The notes under the pieces: model-generated
Told to the model about the DNA's origin: nothing
Seen by the model: only the letters and a program-made list of their open reading frames with translations
The model's database searches: none
Assembly (NCBI RefSeq): GCF_001194135.2
Contig: NC_068982.1
Location: forward strand, 60,816,047 to 60,874,554
Length of the DNA stretch: 58,508 bases
Origin: Octopus bimaculoides
Lineage: Eukaryota
Direction of reading: 5' to 3'
Made by a program: the position numbers and the translations under genes
Shown here: positions 49,470 through 58,508 of the stretch, in pieces
Numbering within the stretch: the stretch's first letter is position 1
Layout of the letters: each line of letters begins with the position of its first letter

Positions 49470-50035
49470 AGTATAATAGCCAAGATATGAACAGGTTGGA
49501 AAAACTTCATGGTGAGACAACCACAGCTGGCAACAGAGCCCTTTTCTCTCCCAGTGAAGGATAGATTGTATGATGCTTGTGCAAGAACTGTATGATGCAT
49601 GGTAGGGAAATATTGACCCTGAATGCAGAGGACTTAGAAAGACTGAAAAGAAATGAAGCAAGCATGCTTTATTGAGTGCACAATGTAAGTGTACATGAAT
49701 GAGTGTACTTTACTGAGTGCACAATGTAAGTGTACATGAAAGTATAAATGTGTTGAGTACAAATGTGTTGAAAGAAATATTGGATATAAGAGGAATCAGA
49801 GAGAGTGTGCATGAGAGAAAAGATTGTACTGGTTAAGACATGTGGGTGAGGACAGCTGTACAAATAAGTGTTGATCACTTAATGTAAATGGACCTTATGG
49901 AAGAGGAAGACTGAGGAAGGCTTGGGACAAAGTGTGAAGATCAATCAAAGTAGTGAAGACCTTGAACCTCACTAAGGAGGTGACAAAGGAGCTAGATGAC
50001 TGGCAATGTATGGTACTCAAGAAAACCCATCCATC
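49470..50035 (+). mobile_element. Decayed RTE LINE ORF 3' fragment
   Basis: FSLPVKDRLYDAC..KRNEASM ... GRGRLRKAWDKV; contains an internal 27-bp tandem duplication. Confidence 0.7.
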
Positions 50036-50731
50036 TTGGTGAAACAGATTCTAGAAGTGACGTATATATAAATATATATACACAACTGAGTCCCTCACCC
50101 AAACACCTAATTTCCCCCTCTCCGTCAAATTATCCCCACCCACCCATCATTTCTCTCTCACTGATCCCTTCATCACCTGCCTAACTGCAGTAATCTGCTA
50201 CTGTAATTACGTGAGCAAAACTGTAGATTTCATTATCTTTTTCTTTGATATCAGTTATCTTTCTCACTACCAGGTACTATTTCCCTTGATAGCCAGTCTT
50301 CATTCTTAATACTGTCCCTCCACATTTTATATTCATTGCCTTTCTGTGCCACCATATATTTCTGTACTGGGTGGAGTTGGTATGCAAGTAGCTAACTCAG
50401 AGAAACAGAAGTCGCCTTAGAATAGTCAGTGAGAGAAGACAGTGCATCCATGGGACATAGACTGTAGTGTGTTAGTGAGTAGATTTTTGCCATTCAGTTA
50501 GAAGTCTTAGATATGAGCCGGGGTTATTTATCTGAGTGGCATCAGTACTGAATTCCAATGTTGGTCTTATTTGCACTTATTTTCAAAAGATCAGCAATTT
50601 CTCAGTCTGAAGAATTATTTCGGTCTTGATGATGAAGTTTAGTTTTTATGATGTAATTATATCAATGCTAAATACATGTGATTACCATGAGAGGATCCTC
50701 AGAGACTGTGTAGATATTTCCAAAGGATCAA

Positions 50732-50928
50732 CCCTTTAGCATTCAGATTTCTCTGTCAAATGTAATGCTTATTTATTTACATTGATATGAATTAGTCATT
50801 TCAATGATGTGATTGTTTATTTTTAGAATAATATTGTAGGGTAAATGAGAGAGGCCAGCTCTGCTTAGTTTGAAGGTAAAGCAGATAGATTATTTTGGCC
50901 AGATATGGCCAGTTTAATTGCTAAAGGG
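50732..50928. mobile_element. piggyBac-like MITE
   Basis: TIRs CCCTTTAGCA / TGCTAAAGGG; TTAA TSD decayed. Confidence 0.7.
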
Positions 50929-51859
50929 GTGATTATAAATAGTTTATGGGTAGAAAGAATAAGACACAAAACTCTTTGTTTTCATTTTTATATATGCATG
51001 GACAGTGTCTTTTATACTTTTAAAAGAAACTATAGTTTTATGTTACATTAAGTGATAGTTTAAAACTGTTTATGGAAGCAGTAATACAGTCTCAAACTAT
51101 ATTGCATACTCTCTTTTGAATTGTGAAGTCTGTAAAAATTGTGAAGTTGTTTTAAATTGATGAGCTTCCCAGTTTCTGTATTGTGTTTGGTAGAGGCAGT
51201 GAGACAGTCTAGGCTTGAACAGTGTTCAATAGCTAGTGAGAAAATGTCCTTTCTGTGATGTCTTCACTTGGATAAGCTAACAGCTGGAAATGAAAACGGT
51301 AAGAATATAGCAACCAACCCTCTGTTCAGCAATACAATTCTTTCAGTTATGAGCTAACAAGTGGGCCACTACATGGTATTAAAAACTGCTTGAAAAAGTG
51401 GCTAAATATCCATCACATTACATTCTAATATCTAAATAAAAATGTAAAGAGCAACATATTGGAAGATACACTCATAGTTCTAAATGTTCAAGGATACAGG
51501 ATGAACACAGCTGGAACACATTTTATTCTACGTTCATTCAATCCAGGTTGACTTGGGCTAAACAACAAAAGAAATAACAGTACCTTCAGATATGCATATA
51601 AATATTCATATGTCTGGAAGAATGAGAGCATGTGTCTATATGTGTGTGTGCAACAGACCATACATATAGCATATGAAGGATATTTGCAGGGTAAAAACAA
51701 ATACAAGCTTAGAATGGTTGGTATGTTATTGAAATCATTTATTGACAGTGATTATTGGAGTACATTGGCAAGAAGAATGTATCTTGGTGCCAAGATGTGT
51801 GTGTGTATATGTATGTATATATATATATATGCATACACACATACATACATACATATATG

Positions 51860-51945
<86 letters not shown>

Positions 51946-52180
51946 CATATATATATAGATAGATAGATATATGAAAAAATTGTATGTACCCAAAATACAC
52001 TCACACATGCACATACGTTTGTGTGTCTGTGTGTATTATATGTATAAAGGTATTTGAGTGTGTATGTATGTGTGTGTGAGTGTGTGTGTGTATGTGCATG
52101 CACATATGTGTGTATGTATGTATGTATGTGTATGTAGAGAGGGAGAGGGATAGATAAATAGATACAGATATGTGTGTATT

Positions 52181-52264
<84 letters not shown>

Positions 52265-52559
52265 CAAGCATGCATACATACATGTGTATATGCATTTGTG
52301 TTTCTATTATAGCTTTACAGTTCTGGGCCAGCTACTTTCTTTTGATGGAATTAGGTTGTTGAAGACTGAAAGAATCCCCTTGAAAAACACATAGTTAAGG
52401 GTTCTGTCCCCACACAATCAACGCTCTCGGTTGATATCCTCTTTTATAACCATTGATTGACCAATATTTTGTGAATGAAACTCGTTGATGAAAACTAAAA
52501 AAGTGCATTGTATATGTCTGCATGTGTGCATGAGTGTGAACATGCATGAGTGAGTTCAT

Positions 52560-52955
52560 ATTTCACCTTGTCTAGAGAGCTTTGTAATCTGATTGTAAAC
52601 AAATGCAACACCGTTCATATAGAAGATGTTCTTTCTTTGCAGTTCACCATCAAAGTATATCTTGATGTCTTGATGTGATTTTACTTGATCATATATATAT
52701 AATCAAAATTTTTACCATTGAGATTATTTTACAAGGACCTGAACAAATGAAAATCTGAAGGAGCAACGTCTGGTGAATATGGCGGGTGAGGTACCACATC
52801 CCAGCCAAGCTGTAACAATTTTTGATGAATCGCCAAAGAAGCGTGAGGTCTGGCATTATCCTGATAGAAAACAACACCTTTCCTGTTCGCCAATTCTGGA
52901 CATTTTTCTTGAATTGCTGCCTTTAAATCCTCAACTTGTGAGCAGTACATCTCAG
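52560..52955 (-). mobile_element. Mariner (DD34D) transposase C-terminal pseudogene fragment
   Basis: GVVFYQDNARPH and HPPYSPDVAPSDFHLFRSL motifs, then a premature stop; N-terminal part missing where the RTE begins. Confidence 0.9.
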
Positions 52956-52956
52956 A

Positions 52957-53928
52957 ATAAGAATAGCCTAGGCATAGTTCAGAAAGCTTCTACCCCTACT
53001 GGTGACAAAGGGCCTCTTGCTCAGAAGTGAAAGGTAGATTGTATGATGTATGTGTGCAAACTGCCATATTTCACAGCAGTGAAACATGGGCCGTGACTGC
53101 TGAAGACATGTGTCAGCTCAAAAGAAACAAAGCTAGCATGATCCACTGGATGTGTAATGTCAGTGTGAACACACGACAGAGTGTAAATGTCCTGAGAGAA
53201 ATGTTGGACATAAGAAGCATTGGATGTGGCATGCAAGAGAGGTGTTTGTGTTGGTTTGGTCATGTACTACAGATGGATGAGAAGAGCTGTGTGAAGAAGT
53301 GTCACTCCCAAAGAGTGGAAGGAATCCAGGGTAGAGGGAGACCCAGGAAGACATGGGACGAGGTGATGAAGCTTGACCTTCGAACATTGGGCCTCACAGA
53401 GGCAATGACAAAACACCGAGACCTCTGGAAATATGCTGTGACTGAGAAGACCCAGCAAATAAAGTGAGTTCACAGCTGTAACCTACACCAGTGTCACATA
53501 ACCAGCACACTCAAAGGTACCTTGGATCGTAGGGCGATATGCCATGCTTGAGGAGACTTATTGAGTCAAGTACATCAGAATCAAAATCAAATGGAAATTG
53601 TAGTTGTGATCCTTGTGCCAGTGACACATAAAAAGCACCATCCAAACATGGCCAATGTCAGCACCGCTTTGACTGGCTTCTGTGCTGGTGGTACGTAAAA
53701 AGCACCAACTGATCATGGTTGTTGCCAGCTCCCTCTGGCCCTTGTGCCAGTGGCACATAAAAAGCACCTACTACACTTTCAGAGTGGTTGGCATTAGGAA
53801 GGGCATCCAGCTGAAGAAACACTGCCAGATCAGACTGGAGCCTGTTGCAGCCTCCTGGCTTCCCAGACCCCAGGCGAACCGTCCAACCCATGCCAGCAAG
53901 GAAAACGGACGTTAAAAGATGATGATAT
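52957..53928 (+). mobile_element. 5'-truncated RTE LINE: ORF C-terminus + 3' UTR + GAT tail
   Basis: ORF 53027-53467 KGRLYDVCV..SETW..WFGHV..GRGRPRKTWDEV. Confidence 0.9.
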
Positions 53929-55116
53929 ATGTATACACATTCATCTTTACCACTAATATTGAACAGGTTGGAGCATTCCTGAATAAATACATATATTGTG
54001 CAAAAGAGCATAACAATAAAAAAAACTCATCAAAATTAACAAAATCATGATTCTCAACTAAAAACTGAACTGAATATATACATATATATATATATAGACA
54101 CATATGGAAGAAGAAAAGAGAAGAGTTAATTAATGAGACAGAGGTGCTATGAAATATATATATATACATATAATATCATCATTGCCAACATCATTATTAT
54201 CATAATCAAAACTGTCAGCAAATAAATGTACAGCCACCAGAAAATCTGTATGTATGCATGCATTTGTGTGTGTGTGAGTGGGTGTATCAGTATGTGTGTG
54301 TGTGTGTGTGTGTGTGTGTATGCATGTGTGTGTGTGCATCTGTGTATATATGTATATAAACAGATGTAAGTAGGTACATGTAGATATATATTTATATGTA
54401 AATATATGTCTTATATTGTATGCATATCTTATTATATATCTTATTATATTGTACGCATATGTGTGTGTATCTGTGTATATATGTATATATACATGTAGAT
54501 ATATATTTATATGTAAATATATGTATAGATATCTTATTATATTGTATGCATGTGTGTGTGTGTGTGTGTGCATGCGTGCATGTGTATAAAAAGAGAGAGA
54601 GAGAGAAAGAAAGAAAGATATATATATATTCATTCGTGTATATTTTAGATACATGAATCTGTGTATTTGTCCAAAGTTTACAGTATATTTTTATATGAAA
54701 GTATGTATAGTTCTGTTTATTTGATAAAAGAGGTAGCAATCCATCTTATTATTGTTTCTTACAGGCTACACCTATTATTGTTTGTTATATATTTGTGTAT
54801 CTACATGTGTGTGCGTCTGTGCATCTTTTTGTGAACGTGTGTATTTGTGTCAGCATATGCATGTGTATGCACGAGTTCATATCTGTGAATGTATGTGCAT
54901 ATGTATATAGCATGTGTGTACATGTGTGTGAAGGAATATGCATATGCGTTAGCAGATGTAGAACCAAACAGGTGGACACATAGGTAAATAAGAGACAGAC
55001 AGATCGATAGACAACTCAACTGATAGATAAATTGGTTCATATAAAGCTATAATGGCTATACATATACAAATGAATATATAAACAGTAGATATGTATATAT
55101 GTATATATATATATAC

Positions 55117-55168
<52 letters not shown>

Positions 55169-56035
55169 AGACGCATTGGCCNNNNNNNNNNNNNNNNNNN
55201 NNNNNNNNNNNNNNNNNNNNNNNNNNNNNNNNNNNNNNNNNNNNNNNNNNNNNNNNNNNNNNNNNNNNNNNNNNNNNNNNNNNNNNNNNNNNNNNNNNNN
55301 NNNNNNNNNNNNNNNNNNNNNNNNNNNNNNNNNNNNNNNNNNNNNNNNNNNNNNNNNNNNNNNNNNNNNNNNNNNNNNNNNNNNNNNNNNNNNNNNNNNN
55401 NNNNNNNNNNNNNNNNNNNNNNNNNNNNNNNNNNNNNNNNNNNNNNNNNNNNNNNNNNNNNNNNNNNNNNNNNNNNNNNNNNNNNNNNNNNNNNNNNNNN
55501 NNNNNNNNNNNNNNNNNNNNNNNNNNNNNNNNNNNNNNNNNNNNNNNNNNNNNNNNNNNNNNNNNNNNNNNNNNNNNNNNNNNNNNNNNNNNNNNNNNNN
55601 NNNNNNNNNNNNNNNNNNNNNNNNNNNNNNNNNNNNNNNNNNNNNNNNNNNNNNNNNNNNNNNNNNNNNNNNNNNNNNNNNNNNNNNNNNNNNNNNNNNN
55701 NNNNNNNNNNNNNNNNNNNNNNNNNNNNNNNNNNNNNNNNNNNNNNNNNNNNNNNNNNNNNNNNNNNNNNNNNNNNNNNNNNNNNNNNNNNNNNNNNNNN
55801 NNNNNNNNNNNNNNNNNNNNNNNNNNNNNNNNNNNNNNNNNNNNNNNNNNNNNNNNNNNNNNNNNNNNNNNNNNNNNNNNNNNNNNNNNNNNNNNNNNNN
55901 NNNNNNNNNNNNNNNNNNNNNNNNNNNNNNNNNNNNNNNNNNNNNNNNNNNNNNNNNNNNNNNNNNNNNNNNNNNNNNNNNNNNNNNNNNNNNNNTATAA
56001 ACAGTAGATATGTATATATGTATATATATATATAC

Positions 56036-56085
<50 letters not shown>

Positions 56086-56087
<2 letters not shown>

Positions 56088-56336
56088 AGACGCATTGGCC
56101 CAGTGGTTAGGGCAGCAGACTCACAGTCATAGAATTGTGGTTTCAATTCCCAGACCGGGCATTGTGAGTGTTTATTGAGCGAAAACACCTAAAGCTCCAC
56201 AAGGTTCCAGCAGGGGATGGTGGTGAACCCTGCTGTACTCTTTCACCACAACTTTCTCTCACTCTTACTTCCTGTTTCTGTTGTGCCTGTAATTCAAAGG
56301 GTCAGCCTTGTCACACTGTGTCACGCTAAATATCCC
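56086..56336 (+). mobile_element. SINE family C, 3'-truncated by a PLE insertion
   Basis: Highly similar to 18039-18290. Confidence 0.9.
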
Positions 56337-57095
56337 CTTAGCGTGCTGGTACAGAACTGATGAGCTCTTCCCTTCCTTAAGTTCCCTCCAATGTCCATCA
56401 TCAGTTCTGTACCAGCACGCTGAGCGCGAACATGGAGGCTCACTCAACAACATTGAAATTAAAATCTTATCCACACATAGCAGAGAGGCAGCACTTAGAC
56501 AAATTACAGAAGCTACACACATAATAGAAGATAAACCTAGCCTGAATAGGAAACTAGAATGGAACACTAACACACACCCCTAACAAACCACAAACCACAA
56601 CATATGACAATACGTTCCCCATAAACCAATAACAATATGAACAAAATATAATACAATACATAGATAAACAAAGGGAATTAAATTCTACATACGATAACAA
56701 AATTTAATTAAATACAAAAGAAAAAAAGGTAGATATAAACACATGAACAAATAGATAAATAAAAACAAAAACAAACGAACATGTATTAACAGAGAATATA
56801 GGTGATACAGACACTCCCCATACACACACATGTACTTACAAAAACATAGACACGTTAAAAGATACGCATGCGTAGACACATACAATAGGAATACAAAATA
56901 CAAAATGGCTGATAGTTAGCAAGGTGAGACACACATAAGAAAGAAGAAAGCAAAGGACCACTGATGAGGTCACAGAAGTGTGACGAAAGAACTCTGGCCG
57001 AAATAGGATTAATGTGATATAAAGCTGAAGCAAATTAACACCAAATATACAGTGCGTGTGTTTTTATTGGCTAAACTGGCAATATGACCATCCCC
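56337..57095 (+). mobile_element. Young Penelope-like element 3' fragment with inverted 5' end
   Basis: GIY-YIG C-terminus SSVLYQHAEREHGG..IKIL..LRQITEATHI..KPSLNRKLEW*; upstream HWRELKEGKSS lies inverted at 56337-56397; hammerhead at 56955-56999. Confidence 0.8.
56955..56999 (+). ncRNA. Minimal hammerhead ribozyme in the PLE terminal region
   Basis: GGACCA CTGATGA G GTCACA gaag TGTGAC GAAA GAAC TC TGGCC; core intact, 6-bp stem II, 2-bp stem III, CUC triplet. Confidence 0.7.
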
Positions 57096-57310
57096 NNNNN
57101 NNNNNNNNNNNNNNNNNNNNNNNNNNNNNNNNNNNNNNNNNNNNNNNNNNNNNNNNNNNNNNNNNNNNNNNNNNNNNNNNNNNNNNNNNNNNNNNNNNNN
57201 NNNNNNNNNNNNNNNNNNNNNNNNNNNNNNNNNNNNNNNNNNNNNNNNNNNNNNNNNNNNNNNNNNNNNNNNNNNNNNNNNNNNNNNNNNNNNNNNNNNN
57301 NNNNNNNNNN

Positions 57311-57906
57311 TGAGAAGACCCGGCAAGCCAAGTGAGACCATAATCTGAGGCCTCTGCCAGGGGTGTAACCAGCCCACTTATGCGTACCTTCCCTTCATTG
57401 GACGCTAAACTCTGCTTGCGAAGACCTGTTGAGGCAAGTAAAACCGAAATCGAAATCAAATTTGATGACAGCACCACATGACTGGCATTAGTGCTAGTGG
57501 AGCACTAAGAGCCCCATTCAAACATGATCGTTGCCAGAGCCGCTGACTGGCTCCTGTGCCGGTGGCACGTAAAAAGCACCATTCAAGCGTGATCGTTACC
57601 AACGTCACCTTACTGGCAGTTGTGCCGGTGACACATGAAAAACAATATTCGAGCAAGGTTGTTGCTAGTGCTGCTGGACTGGCTCCTGTGCAGGTGGCAT
57701 GTAAAAAACACCTGACTGGCCTTCGTGCTGGTAGCACGTAACAGCACCCACTACACTCTTGGAGTGGTTGGCATTAGGAAGGGCATCAGGCTGTAGGAAC
57801 TCTGCCAGATCAGATTGGAGCCTGGTGCTGCCATCTGGCTCACTAGTCTTCAGTCAAATCGTCCAACCCATGCCAGCATGGAAAGCGGACGTTAAATGAT
57901 GATGAT
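57311..57906 (+). mobile_element. RTE LINE ORF end + long 3' UTR + GAT tail
   Basis: gagaagacccggcaagccaagtgag..cgtccaacccatgccagcatggaaagcggacgttaaatgatgatgat. Confidence 0.85.
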
Positions 57907-58000
57907 ATATATATATACAGTATATTATATATGTATAATAAGTTGAAAAACATATAGTAAATGCACATATTAATGGAAAACAGACACAGAAGTCCCCTAC

Positions 58001-58071
58001 TCATCATCAGTTATTGTCCATAGAGTCAAACGCAATTTCACACCTTTGACAATAACATTACTTCCCTTCTG
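58001..58071 (-). CDS. Candidate 71-nt exon (QKGSNVIVKGVKLRLTLWTITDD)
   Basis: Minus: cccatttcctag|exon|gtaggg with a NAGNAG acceptor; open phase 0 to 2. Confidence 0.25.
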
Positions 58072-58393
58072 CTAGGAAATGGGACCAAAACTTAACAGAA
58101 TGAGAACAGACAAACAATAAATGGATAAACAAGCAATACAGAAGTGGACATGTGAAAATGAAGAAATGTAACTTAGGATGAGACTGATAGTGGATGGACA
58201 AGAGACAGAAATTAAATAAATAAACAAACAGAATGTACGTTTTGGGCTAGATGAAGATGATGTATAGGTAATGCTAAGAGGGAAGTCTCAAAGGATTGGA
58301 AATAAAAGGGTAACAGACAGTGAAACAGGTTGAAGTAGAAACTAATAAATATATATATATGTATATACATATCTATCTATCTATCTATCTATC

Positions 58394-58437
<44 letters not shown>

Positions 58438-58508
58438 TACATTTCTTTTATTAGCCACACAGGGCTCAACGAAGATGGGACAAATACAATGTAGAGCTTT
58501 TCTTTTTG

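Noticed and set aside
51490-51575. Strong minus-strand acceptor followed by PSQPGLNERRIK
   Set aside because: gttgtttagccc.. belongs to a dispersed repeat also seen near 6090, 7360, 14050 and 33060
55078-56100. Apparent ~104-bp direct repeat (55078-55181 and 55997-56100) and a possible third SINE C head
   Set aside because: Identical sequence on both sides of an N gap, most likely a scaffolding overlap artefact

Overview
AT-rich, microsatellite-dense animal DNA with many N gaps. The SINE and LINE families look like those of an Octopus (coleoid cephalopod) genome; this is recognition from memory, not a database result. No complete protein-coding gene, rRNA or intact tRNA gene is supported, and almost all listed ORFs are microsatellite, gap or transposon artefacts. 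The window reads as intronic or intergenic DNA filled with three tRNA-derived SINE families, many RTE LINE 3' fragments, R4/Dong-like, CR1-like and CRE-like LINE remnants, hAT, piggyBac-like and Tc1/mariner DNA elements, a possible LTR, and several Penelope-like element (PLE) remnants. Short splice-flanked exon candidates occur on both strands, so host gene and strand are unresolved. The main signal is a set of hammerhead ribozyme (HHR) motifs from at least four unrelated PLE-type families. Two minimal type I HHRs (10071-10115, 27777-27821) are complete and show a compensatory stem II change. A three-copy family has an unusual ~55 nt branched insert in loop II. One HHR lies in the tail of a tRNA-headed SINE-like unit, suggesting PLE-mobilised Pol III retroelements. 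All + strand HHRs keep both core motifs and all - strand HHRs have a core mutation.
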